Part shown: positions 33,394 through 44,975 of the stretch, in pieces
Numbering within the stretch: the first letter of the stretch is position 1
Layout of the letters: each line of letters opens with the position of its first letter
NCBI GenBank assembly: GCA_038087875.1
Contig: JAXLNO010004965.1
Location: 1-45,098, forward strand
DNA: 45,098 nt
Direction: 5' to 3'
Source: Malacoraja senta
Taxonomy: Eukaryota
Notes under the pieces: generated by a model
What the model saw: the letters and a program-made list of their open reading frames with translations, nothing else
Database searches by the model: none
Told to the model about the DNA's origin: nothing
Made by a program: the position numbers and the translations under genes

Positions 33394-34398
33394 CTGAAAA
33401 ATAAGAATGCATAATTTTACAAATCAATTGTTAAGCTGTGCAGTTAAATAGATGGGCACTGTCTGAAGACTTCAGAGTGAAGAAGGGTCTCGACCCGAAA
33501 TGCAACCTATTCCTTTTCTCAAGAGATGTTACCTGACCGCTGAGTTACTCCAGCATTTTGTGTCTATCTTTGGCGCTTTTCAAGGTATATAAGATGATAT
33601 GGTGTTTTGAATCACGGAGTTCTGCAGCATGGCAAAGGGACAATATATGTTCTGTACAACTCTATGATCTATGGCACCATCACAGCCACAACTTAATTCA
33701 AGAAAGAAGGTGAATTGAAAGCAGAAAGCTTTAACCCTATATAAACTAACATTTGTTTTGGGGAAAATGCTGGATTCCTTTCAATAATGGCAGAACATTT
33801 AAGTAATAACAAAACAATAAAGTGCATTATCAGAGTATTAACAGGAAAATTGTAGAAAGAAAGAGATGCAGATACTGATTTACACAAAAGCTTTAGTTTA
33901 GTTTATTGTCACATGTATTGAGGTACAGTGAAAAGCTTTTGTTACGTGCTAACCAGTCAGTGGAAAGAATATACATAATAGACACAAAATGCTGGAGTAA
34001 CTCAGCGGAACAGGCAGCATCTCTGGCGAACATGGATTCATCACCTATTCCTTTTCTCCAGAGATGCTGCCTGACCAGCTGAGTTATTCCAGCAATTTGT
34101 GTCCATCTTCGGTGTAAACCAGCATTTGCAGTTTCTTCTTACACATGGACAGGTGACGTTTCGTTTTGGGACCCTTCTTCAAACTTTGTTTGAGAAATTG
34201 ATTAGAATTCTTTGAAAATGCAACAGGAACCCGTAGACAATGTATATTCGAGCAGCAGGTGTGCACAGTCTAAAATTCAAAAACAAAATGATGGAAAAGC
34301 AGAATAGGTAACAAAATTGGAATGAGAAACGAAAGAAATACAATATATTGCAGAGATCCAAACGTCGTGAACAAATCAATGTTTTTTTAAAGAAATAC

Positions 34399-34579
34399 AG
34401 TTTTGGCACACTCGTGTTTAGTAAGGACTTGAGCAAAGTTCCTGCCGTTGTTATCGGGCACACCAGTTGACTGGCGACTGATTCATCACCAACTCCCACC
34501 AAAACCCTGTCATGTGATAGTCCCAGCTCCCCTAACGAGGGTTCTAGCAATAAGTGGCCTGACCACCAGATGTCGCACA
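34399..34579 (-). mobile_element. Degenerate solo LTR related to the 41449-41735 LTR
   Basis: The minus strand begins ATAT|TGTG...GGCCACTTAT(T)GCT(A)GAACCCTCGTTAGG, matching the other LTR, and ends ...CACGAGTGTGCC. Flanks are ATAC/ATAT. Confidence 0.65.
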
Positions 34580-35142
34580 ATATCTGGATTTTCATAAGAT
34601 ATCAATCAAGTGATGCAAAGGCTTATGACATTGGGGGTAATAATTAGCATGAATGGAAAAAACAATTTAGAGCAAGCAGAGAGTTGTCTTAAAGGAGTGT
34701 TCAGGTTGGGAAACTGCAACTGCAGGTTGGGAAACAATGCAAGAAAGTGAACTACTTATGGTTGGTATTAAGAGCAGATGAAGGGACTGATGGCGCTGTA
34801 GCCTAGATTGCTGATGATACATAGATAGGTTGGAAATTAAGTTCTGGAGTATGTCAACAGTCTTCAGAGTGAAACATCAGATTCCTTAGTTGTGCATTGT
34901 TCGAGGGAATCTTCAAAAGTGAGCATTTGTGTAGGTTAGTGCAGCATACTTGGAATCAAACTACTACGATCGCTGTTTGTCAGGCAGTTATATTTTTCGT
35001 TGCTGAATCTGTAACTTGCGTCAGGGAACTTATTTCATTCGGTTTTGTTTTATTAATGCCAGATGTTTCAAAATACAGAGCAAAGGTTTGTTTTGTATGC
35101 TATCCAAACAAATTATAAAACTATACATAAATACAAACTCAA

Positions 35143-38100
35143 ATACATAGATACATAGATACATAGAAAATAGGTGCAGGAGTAGGCCATTCGGCCCTTC
35201 GATCCTGCACCGCCATTCAATACGATCATGGCTGATCATCCAACTCAGTATCCCGTACCTGCCTTCTCTCCATACCCCCTGATCCCTTTAGCCACAAGGG
35301 CCACATCTAATTCCCTCTTAAATATAGCCAATGAACTGGCCTCAACTACCCTCTGTGGCAGAGAGTTCCAGAGATTCACCACTCTCTGTGTGAAAAAGTT
35401 TTTCCTCATCTCGGTCTTAAAGGATTTCCCCCTTATCCTTAAGCTGTGACCCCTTGTCCTGGACTTCCCCAACATCGGGAACAATCTTCCTGCATCTAGC
35501 CTGTCCAACCCCATAAGAATGTTGTACGTTTCTATAAGATCCCCTCTCAATCTCCTAAATTCTAGCGAGTATAAGCCAAGTCTATCCAATCTTTCTTCAT
35601 ATGAAAGTCCTGACATCCCAGGAATCAGTCTGGTGAACCTTCTCTGCACTCCCTCTATGGCTATAATGTCCTTCCTCAGATTTGGAGACCAAAACTGTAC
35701 GCAATACTCCAGGTGTGGTCTCACCAAGACCCTGTACAACTGCAGTAGAACCTCCCTGCTCCTATACTCAAATCCTCTTGCTATGAAGGCCAACATACCA
35801 TTCGCTTTCTTCACTGCCTGCTGCACCTGCATGCGTACTTTCAATGACTGGTGTACCATGACACCCAGGTCTCGCTGCATCTCCCCATTTCCTAATCGGC
35901 CACCATTTAGATAATAGTCTGCCTTCCCGTTTTTGCTACCAAAGTGGATAACCTCACATTTATCCACATTATACTGCATCTGCCAAACATTTGCCCACTC
36001 ACCCAGCCTATCCAAGTCACCTTGCAGTCTCCTAGCATCCTCCTCACAGCTAACACTGCCCCCAGCTTAGTGTCATCCGCAAACTTGGATATGTTGCTTT
36101 CAATTCCCTCGTCCAGATCATTAATATAAATTGTAAATAGCTGGGGTCCCAGCACTGAGCCTTGCGGTACCCCACTAGTCACTGCCTGCCATTGTGAAAA
36201 GGACCCGTTTACTCCTACTCTTTGCTTCCTGTTTGCCAGCCAGTTCTCTATCCACATCAATACTGAACCCCCAATACCGTGTGATTTAAGTTTGTATCCT
36301 AATCTCTTATGTGGTACCTTGTCGAAAGCCTTCTGAAAGTCCAGATACAACACATCCACTGGTTCTCCCCTATCCACTCTACTAGTTACATCCTCGAAAA
36401 ATTCTATAAGATTCGTCAGACACGATTTACCTTTCGTAAATCCATGCTGACTTTGTCCAATGATTTAACCACTTTCCAAATGTGCTGCTATCCCATCTTT
36501 AATAACTGACTCTAGCAGTTTCCCCACTACCGATGTTAGACTAACTGGTCTGTAATTCCCCGTTTTCTCTCTCCCTCCCTTCTTAAAAAGTGGGGTTACG
36601 TTTCCTACCCTCCAATCCTCAGGAACTACTCCAGAATCTAAAGAGTTTTGAAAAATTATCACTAATGCATCCACTATTTCTGGAGCTACTTCCTTAAGTA
36701 CTCTGGGATGCAGCCTATCTGGCCCTGGTGATTTATCGTCCTTTAATCCATTCAATTTACCCAACACCAATTCCCGACTAACCTGGATTTCACTCAGTTC
36801 CTCCATCTGCTTTGACCCGCGGCCCCCTGCTATTTCCGGCAGATTATTTATGTCTTCCTTAGTGAAGACGGAACCAAAGTAGTTATTCAATTGGTCTGCC
36901 ATATCCTTGTTCCCCATGATCAATTCACCTGTTTCTGACTGCAAGGGACCTACATTTGATTTAACTAATCTCTTTCTCTTCACATATCTATAAAAACTTT
37001 TGCAGTCAGTTTTTATGTTCCCTGCCAGTTTCCTTTCATAATCTATTTTCCCTTTCCTAATTAAGCCCTTTGTCCTCCTCTGCCGGTCTCTGAATTTCTC
37101 CCAGTCCTCTGGTATGCTGCTTTTTCTGGCTAATTTGTACGCATCATCTTTTGCTTTGATACTATCCCTGATTTCCCTTGTTATCCACGGATGCACTACC
37201 TTCCTTGATTTATTCTTTTGCCAAACTGGGATGAACAATTTTTGTAGTTCATCCATGCAGTCTTTAAATGCCTTCCATTGCATATCCACCGTCAACCCTT
37301 TTAGAACTAATTGCCAGTCAATCTTGGCCTATTCACGTCTCATACCCTCAAAGTTACCTTTCTTTAAGTTCAGAACCGTTGTTTCTGAATTAACAATGTC
37401 ACTCTCCATCCTAATGAAGAACTCAACCATATTATGATCACTCTTGCCCAAGGGGGCACGCACAACAAGTCTGCTAACTAACCCTTCCTCATTACTCAAT
37501 ACCCAGTCTAGAATAGCCTGCTCTCTCGTTGGTTCCTCTACATGTTGGTTTAGATAACTATCCCTCATACATTCCAAGAAATCCTCTTCCTCAGCACCCC
37601 TGCCAATTTGATTCACCCAATCTATATGTAGATTGAAGTCACCCATTATAACTGTTTTGCCTTTGTTGCACGCATTTCTAATTTCCTGTTTGATGCCATC
37701 CCCAACTTCACTACTACTGCTAGGTGGCCTGTACACAACACCCACCAGCGTTTTCTGCCCCTTAGTGTTTCGCAGCTCTACCCATACCGATTCCACATCC
37801 TCCAAGCTAATGTCCTTCCTTTCCACTGCGTTAATCTCCTCTCTAACCAGCAACGCTACCCCACCTCCTTTTCCTTTCTCTCTATCCCTCCTGAATATTG
37901 AATATCCCTGGATGTTCAGCTCCCAGCCTTGGTCACCTTGGAGCCATGTCTCCGTGATCCCAACTATATCATAATCATTAATTGCTATCTGCACGTTCAA
38001 CTCATCCACCTTATTACGAATGTTCCTTGCATTGAGACACAAAGCCTTCAGGCTTGTTTTTACAACGCTCTTACCCCTTATACAATTATGTTGAAAAGTG

Positions 38101-38673
38101 GCTCTTTTTGATTTTTGCCTTGGATTTGTCTGCCTGCCACTTTTACCTTTCACCTTGCTACCTATTGCTTCCGCCCGCATTTTACACCCCTCTGTTTCTC
38201 TGCTCACCCATCTAAGAACCCCACCACCTCTTATTCTCTGTTTATTATTGTTTTCTTCTTTCCCCCCTACATGTTGGGTCTGAGTGATTTCCTTCTCTGC
38301 CTCCTGCCTCACACACTGTCTAATAGCATTCCCTATTTGAGTCCCTCCCCCCAACCATTCTAGTTTAAAGTCTCCCCAGTAGCCTTTGCAGATCTCCCCG
38401 CCAGGATATCGGTCCCCCTCAGGTTCAAGTGCAACCCATCCTTTTTGTACAGGTCGAACCTTCCACAAAAGAAGTCCCAATGATCCAGAAATTTGAATCC
38501 CTGCCTTCTGCACCAGTCCTTCAGCCACGCATTTATCCTCCACCTCGTTCCATTCCTACTCTCACTGTCGCGTGGTACAGGCAGTAATCCCGAGATTGTT
38601 ACCTTTGCTGTCCTTCTCTTTAACTCCCCTCCTTAACTCCCTAAATTCTCCTTTCAGGACCTCTTCTCTTTTT
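35143..38673 (-). mobile_element. 5'-truncated copy of the young CR1 family
   Basis: Near-identical to about 9960-13488. ORF2 is broken by stops (about 37329 and 36465) and a 1-G deletion at about 36060. Same (TCTATGTA)n tail. Confidence 0.95.
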
Positions 38674-38699
38674 CTCTACAATAGATAGAGCAAAGAGGA

Positions 38700-39250
38700 G
38701 GATACAGAGTACAGAATATAGTTCTCAGCATTGTAACGCATCAGTTCCATAGACAATGTGCAATGAGGTTGAGGTGAATCGGGCATTGAACCTACATTAT
38801 GGAAGGACCCTTCCGAAGCCTGTTAACAGATGGAAAGGGGGTGTTCCTGAGTCTGGCAGTGTATACTTTCTACTTTCTGTACCTATTGCCTGATGGGAGC
38901 AGGAAGGAGGAATGACCGGGTGGGATAAGTCTCGTTTTCGAAGGCAACCTGGTGTAGACTGAATCAATAGTGGGAAGTCTGGGCTGTGTGATGATCTTTA
39001 ACTCTTTGTATATTCTTGCAGTCTTGGGCAGTGCAGTTCCCAAATCAAGATGTGATGCAACCCAACAACATGCTTTCTCTAGCAGCATCAATAGATGTTT
39101 GCTAGAGTCACCAGAGACATGATGAATATTCTCAGTCTCCGGAGGAAGTAGAGGTGTTAGTGTGCCTCCTTGGCTATGTGGCCAGTCCATGACCGAATAT
39201 TGGATAAATTCATGCCAAGGAACATGAAGCTCTCAATCATTTCCGCTTCG
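38700..39250 (-). mobile_element. Decayed Rex1-like LINE fragment
   Basis: Remnant translation LPTIDSVYT...PGHSSFLLPSGNRYR. Confidence 0.7.
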
Positions 39251-39603
39251 GACCATTGATTTGGATTGGGGCATGTACTCCCCCAGTGCCTTGCTGTTAA
39301 TCACATCATGAGGAAAGATTCATTTTTTATTTAAACATACCTTTTATGGATTTCATTTCCACTACTGAGAATCTCAAATACTCCTTCCTTGTATATTAGT
39401 TAGTTATTTACTTTTGATAAATTTTCTGTTGACAAAGTCTTCTGCTCATGTGGAGAGTGTGTGCTGATTACGTGATTGCTTAGAGCAACACCACTAAACA
39501 AAGAAAGTTTAAGCATCTTGGAATATGGGATGTAGTCACAATGATTAAAATGGAAACAACAGAAGATAATGATTATCTATGAAAGAATATTTAATGTTCT
39601 TAT

Positions 39604-39869
39604 CCCAGATGATGGTCTTCCCACCGGGCAGGCTGCTGTGATCGACATGACAGGAATACTGTTCCCATCATACGGATCATACTCAAGGACAAACTTTAGA
39701 TGATATGTTCCATCGTTGTTGGGTATGACCCCAGAAGATTTGGTCTCAGAGACATGTTGACCATTCTGCAACCAGCTGACATTGATGGCTGGTGGGTAAA
39801 ATCCAAACACAGTGCAGTACAGGACTGATTGGTCATCAGGGCGGGCAGCGAGAGATACCTCATGGGAAA
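39604..39869 (-). pseudogene. Ig C1-set exon, MHC class I alpha3-like, with a 1-bp frameshift and a mutated splice donor
   Basis: Acceptor CTTACTGTCTTGTAG|TT at 39870. The phase-1 frame reads xSHEVSLAARPDDQSVLYCTVFGFYPPAINVSWLQNGQHVSETKSSGVIPNNDGTYHLKFVLEYDPYDGN. After a 1-nt gap at about 39659 it continues YSCHVDHSSLPGGKTIIW-G. The two Cys are about 55 aa apart, and GFYP, W, PxxDGTY and YSCxVxHSSL are C1-set hallmarks. Exon length is 266 nt (267 expected). The donor reads G|ATAAGA instead of G|GTAAGA. Confidence 0.9.
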
Positions 39870-40299
39870 CTACAAGACAGTAAGATGGTTATTTTCACCT
39901 TCAGTAAAACTTGCACAGTCACCCACCACAAAATATTCTTCAGTCTACTACAACAACCAAGTTACTGTCCACATCTGCCCCATTTTGCCTCTTTCGTCCC
40001 ATCAACCAACCACGTGGTGTAAAAGGGATCGTACGCTCCCTGTTAAGACAGTACACAACAAAGTTTGAAAGTACGTACCATTAAATTCAGGAACAGTTGC
40101 TTCCCCACTGTTATTGGACTACTTAATGATTCTCATGTAAGAGAAGATGTTGTCCTGATCTTCCAACCAATCTCATTGTGAACCTTGCAACTCTTTTTGA
40201 TCTGCACTTTCTCTGTAACTGTAATGCTATGATATTGTAACCCGATATTCTGCACTCTGAGTAGTTTTCTCTTTGCACTGATCTACTTGTGGAAGGCTT

Positions 40300-41385
40300 A
40301 CATAGATACATAGATACATAGAAAATAGGTGCAGGAGTAGGCCATTCGGCCCTTCGAGCCTGCACCGCCATTCAATACGATCATGGCTGATCATCCAACT
40401 CAGTATCCCGTACCTGCCTTCTCTCCATACCCCCCTGATCCATTTAGCCACAAGGGCCACATCTAATTCCCTCTTAAATATTGCCAATGAACTGGCCTCA
40501 ACTACCCTCTGTGGCAGAGAGTTCCAGAGATTCACCACTCTCTGTGTGAAAAAGTTTTTCCTCATCTCGGTCTTAAAGGATTTCCCCTTATCCTTAAGCT
40601 GTGACCCCTTGTCCTGGACTTCCCCAACATCGGGAACAATCTTCCTGCATCTAGCCTGTCCAACCCCATAAGAATTTTGTACGTTTCTATAAGATCCCCT
40701 CTCAATCTCCTAAATTCTAGCGAGTATAAGCCAAGTCTATCCAGTCTTTCTTCATATGAAAGTCCTGACATCCCAGGAATCAGTCTGGTGAACCTTCTCT
40801 GCACTCCCTCTATGGCTATAATGTCCTTCCTCAGATTTGGAGACCAAAACTGTACGCAATACTCCAGGTGTGGTCTCACCAAGACCCTGTACAACTGCAG
40901 TAGAACCTCGCTGCTCCTATACTCAAATCCTCTTGCTATGAAGGCCAACGTACCATTCGCTTTCTTCACTGCCTGCTGCACCTGCATGCCTACTTTCAAT
41001 GACTGGTGTACCATGACACCCAGGTCTCGCTGCATCTCCCCATTTCCTAATCGGCCACCATTTAGATAATAGTCTGCCTTCCCGTTTTTGCTACCAAAGT
41101 GGATAACCTCACATTTATCCACATTATACTGCATCTGCCAAACATTTGCCCACTCACCCAGCCTATCCAAGTCACCTTGCAGTCTCCTAGCATCCTCCTC
41201 ACAGCTAACACTGCCCCCCAGCTTAGTGTCATCCGCAAACTTGGAGATGTTGCTTTCAATTCCCTCGTCCAGATCATTAATATAAATTGTAAATAGCTGG
41301 GGTCCCAGCACTGAGCCTTGCGGTACCCCACTAGTCACTGCCTGCCATTGTGAATAGGACCCGTTTACTCCTACTCCTACTCTTT
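40300..41385 (-). mobile_element. Third copy (3' 1.1 kb) of the young CR1 family, inserted in a Rex-type 3' UTR remnant
   Basis: Matches 12410-13488. GCTT flanks both sides (40296-40299 and 41386-41389). The 5' junction has a CTCCTA duplication. Confidence 0.93.
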
Positions 41386-41448
41386 GCTTGATTGCACATG
41401 TGTAGTATGATCTGATTGGATGACACACAGACACACTTTTGACTATAT

Positions 41449-41735
41449 TGTGGCGGCAGCCTAAACACGGGCCACTTATGCTCGAACCCTCGTTAGGAAG
41501 TACGAGGGCGGGCACGTGACGTCATGGGCTAGAGGGAGTGTCCTGGTACTTAAGGTCATCTCACCTCGAGACCTTGAGGATTTCAACCTGTATCTGAGCC
41601 CGAGGGAACAACCTCGCTCAGCTACAGCAACACTGTTATGATAGTCGGCACCAACCTAACGTGTCAGCACTGAATAAACGACTCTTTGAACCGGCTGACG
41701 TCTCACCTTTATTCACCACGTTTGGTGCCGCTACA
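41449..41735 (+). mobile_element. Solo LTR (Gypsy-like), 287 bp
   Basis: TG...CA ends with terminal inverted repeat TGTGGCGGCA / TGCCGCTACA (9/10), 4-bp TSD ATAT, overlapping E-box/CRE CACGTGACGTCA (41513-41524) and AATAAA. Confidence 0.88.
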
Positions 41736-43036
41736 ATATCTCAGTTCACGTACAATAATAAACTAATACCAACGGCAAATCTTTTCACTAGGGCACATTA
41801 TTGACAATAATAAATAATTGACAAGTTACGAAATGAAGGCCAATTGGGGAGGGGCAAGCTTAAATTTGGCAGTATTTTCATTCCTCTTCAATAAGAGATA
41901 AAAGAGACCAGTCATTTGTTTACAAAATCTCTTTTTGCAGAGTGTGGTCATTCTCTGGCGCTCTTGACCCCAGAGATTTGTGAAGACAAAATCATTGGAA
42001 GTATTTAATGTGGCGGTGGTTAAACTTTTGAAAGATTGGAGAATTGAGTGCAATGAGGAACTGGCACCGAACAGGAGTTGATGCCTGAGGAACGTCAGCC
42101 ATGGTCATATTGAATGGCGGGCAGGTTAGAGGACCAAATGGCTTACTCGGAAACTGATAACTGAGGAGAAAATCAGGCTTCTGAATGATCGTTCCATAAG
42201 CTAGGTTCTGTCCAATTGACCACTACCCCATTACAGACAGTGGACTTTGTTTATGGAACTATGCAGGAAGGAACTGCAGATGCTGGTTTAAACCGCAGAT
42301 AGACACAACATGCTAGAGTAACTCAACGGGTCAGGCAGCATCTCTGGAGAGAAGGAATGTGTCACGTTTTGTGTCGAAACCCATATCTAATGGAACTGGT
42401 GTGCTACATTGCTGAGAACTATATGCCACACTCTGTACCTTCCCTTTGCTCTACCTTCAGTACTTGAGTTGACTTGATTATATATATGTATGTTGTTATC
42501 TCATCCAATTGGATAGCATGCAACTACCTGGAAAGTTGCTGCCTTACAGTACCACAGACCAAAGTTCAATCCTGACAATGGGTGCTGTCTATATGGAGTT
42601 CATACATTCTCCCTGTGACCATGTGAGTTTATCTCCGGGTGCTGCAGTTCCGTCACATTCAAAGACGTGCAGTTTTGTAAGTTTTTGGCTTCTGTAAATT
42701 GTCCGGTGTGTAGGGTAGTACTAATATTTGGGTGGTCGTTAGTCAGCACAGGTTCAGTGGGCCAAAAGGCCTATTTCCATGCTGTGCCTCGAAACTAAAC
42801 GTGACAATAATAAACCGAAACTTATTCCTGTGCCTATCTGTAGATTAGTGTCACTCATACTGTGGCTCCGCCCACAGGCTTGTTAGAGAGCTCTCTCTCC
42901 CTCTCTCCCTCTCTCTGTCTGGTAGACTGGTAGTAAGCATGCTGAGAAGAAAGCACCTTGTGTTTCCTCTGCAGAGTTACTAATAAAAGACTATGGATTT
43001 TAACCACTATGTGTGAGTTTGATCATTCTTCCAACA

Positions 43037-43330
43037 CAGGGCTCGAAATTAGCGGTTGCCCGGTTCCCATGGCAACTTACAGTCCCGCCGGGCAACCTAA
43101 AAGCCATGCCATTTTGCCCGCTTGGCAAGCAACCGGGACACCCGCCCGCCCGCCCGCCATCCGTGTCCAGGTCTCGGGTCTCCGCTCTCGGGTCTCCGCT
43201 CTCGGGTCTCGGGTCTCCGCACGGCACGGCCGGCCGCCGAGCCCTGCACATGCGCATTGCCACGGCAACTGGTCGGCGTCGGCCACTTTCTCCCTCCCTT
43301 TGCATTGTGGGAGTTCTGGCCGCCATTGCT
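43037..43330. other. CpG-rich segment: probable hAT-like transposon end with promoter-like motifs
   Basis: Starts CAGGGCTCGAAATT. It has a 10-bp inverted repeat (43054-43063 / 43088-43097), a 14-bp tandem CTCGGGTCTCCGCT, and RFX-type palindromes. No matching TSD was found. Confidence 0.45.
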
Positions 43331-44526
43331 GTCCGGTCGCTGCCTCAGCTGGAGTAACTCTTGCTTCTTGGTTTCCAGGTCCTCCAAAAATATTCGAAAT
43401 GGAATTTAAACTTGTGCACCCACCACCACCAAACTCGAAACTGAAAAATAACAGCCTATTGCATTTTATCCGTTTATTTATTGTGTATATATATGGTCTA
43501 TAGTATAGAGACGCACTGAACTTTTATCTCCTGTTCTGTATTATGTTTACATATTCTGTTGTGCTGCAGCAAGCAAGAATTTCATTGTCCTATCTGGGAC
43601 ACATGACAATAAAACTCTCTTGACTCTTGACTTGGACTTAAGCAAAAAAGGGTTCTTGGGGGAAAAAAACGACCTTAAATTTAGTTGCAACTGCTTGGGT
43701 ACCTATAGTAGGGTGACAACTATTCCATGCTTTAATTGTGCTGGGGAACTCCATGGAGCAGCCAGCATCTCTGGATAGAAAAAATTGAGTGACATTTCTG
43801 GTAGAAACCCTTCTTTACATTTCCTCTGGTTTTAGTGTTTTTTGTTTAATTTAAAGATACAGTGTGGAAGCAGGCCCTTCGGCCCACTGAGTCCACGCCG
43901 ACCACTGATCACCCGTACTCTAGTTCTATCCCACACATCAGCAACGTAAGTCAAGACTGTTTTATTCTCTCACGTCCCAGTTAGAACAATGAAATCCTTA
44001 CTTGCAGCAGCACAACAGAATATGTAAACATAGTACTCTGTAAACAATGTTATAAACGAGAAAACAAAACTCCACACAGACAGCACCCATATTCAGGATC
44101 AATTCTGGGTCTCTGGCAATATTAGGCAGCCAATTTATGGGCAATGTACTGCCCAATAGCCTTGAACTGATTTAAGCATACAGTAGGTGTAAAGTGGGAC
44201 ATAGCGTCACTTAGAGATTTAAGACTGAAAATGGATAGTTTCTTTTTTTTAGTAACCAAAGTTATCAACGTATAATGTTTTGTGTGTTGGAAAATAAAAT
44301 ATAATGGCACAGCTGGTGGATTTGCTGCCTCACACGCCAGAGACCTGTGTTCGATTCTGTTCTCGGGCACTGTCTGTGTTGAATTTGCACATTCTCCCTG
44401 CAATCATGTGGGTTCCCTCCCACATCCCAAAGACGCATTGGCTTTGTAGGTTAACTTGTCTCTGTAAAATTGCGCCTAATGTGCAGGAGTGGGTGAGGAA
44501 AGTGGGATAACAGAACTTGTGTGAAT

Positions 44527-44975
44527 GGGTAGACAAAAATGCTGGAAAAACTCAGCAGGTGAGGCAGCATCTATGGAGCAAAGGAAAAAGGCGACGTTTC
44601 GGGTCGAGACCCTTTTTCAGACTGATGTCGGGAGGGGTGGGCTGCGAAAAAGAAAGGAAGAGGCGGAGACAGTAGGCTGTGGGAGAACTGAGAATGGGAG
44701 GCGGGGGGGGGAGAAAGCAAGGACTATCTGAAATTGGAGAAGCCAATGTTCATACCGCTGGGGTGTAAACTACCCAAGCAAAATATGAGGTGCTGTTCCT
44801 CCAATTTGCGGTGGGCCTCACTCTGGCCATGGAGGAGGCCCAGGACAGAAAGGTCGGATTCGGAATGAGAAGGGGAGTTGAAGTGCTGAGCCACCAGGAG
44901 ATCAAGTTGGTTATTGCGAACTGAGTGGAGGTGTTGTGCGAAGCGATCGCCATGCCTGCGCTTGGTCTCACCGAG
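44527..44975 (-). mobile_element. Penelope-like element 3' end (GIY-YIG C-terminal region + pLTR)
   Basis: GETKRR.GDRFAQHL...VAQHFNSPSH...RKLEEQHLIF.LGSL.P.GMNI.FSNFR, followed by a pLTR with a mutated hammerhead core (CUGAAAA). Other pLTR remnants lie at about 5300-5620, 5830-6090, 31785-31870, 33470-33580, 33975-34180 and 42290-42385. Confidence 0.88.

Noticed and set aside
39604-39869. Assignment of the C1 exon to MHC class II beta or W-category
   Set aside because: It has NDGTY rather than class II NGDW, and the linked TM lacks the Gly-zipper of class II/W chains. A phylogeny is still needed to confirm.
42958-43503. Several overlapping ORFs in the GC-rich segment
   Set aside because: Explained by high GC and 14-bp tandem repeats; no protein motif or convincing splice context.
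33470-44630. Other Penelope hammerhead-like motifs (about 33480, 34160, 42370, 43800, 44610)
   Set aside because: Each has substitutions in the conserved core (C3, G8 or the GAAAC-GU segment).
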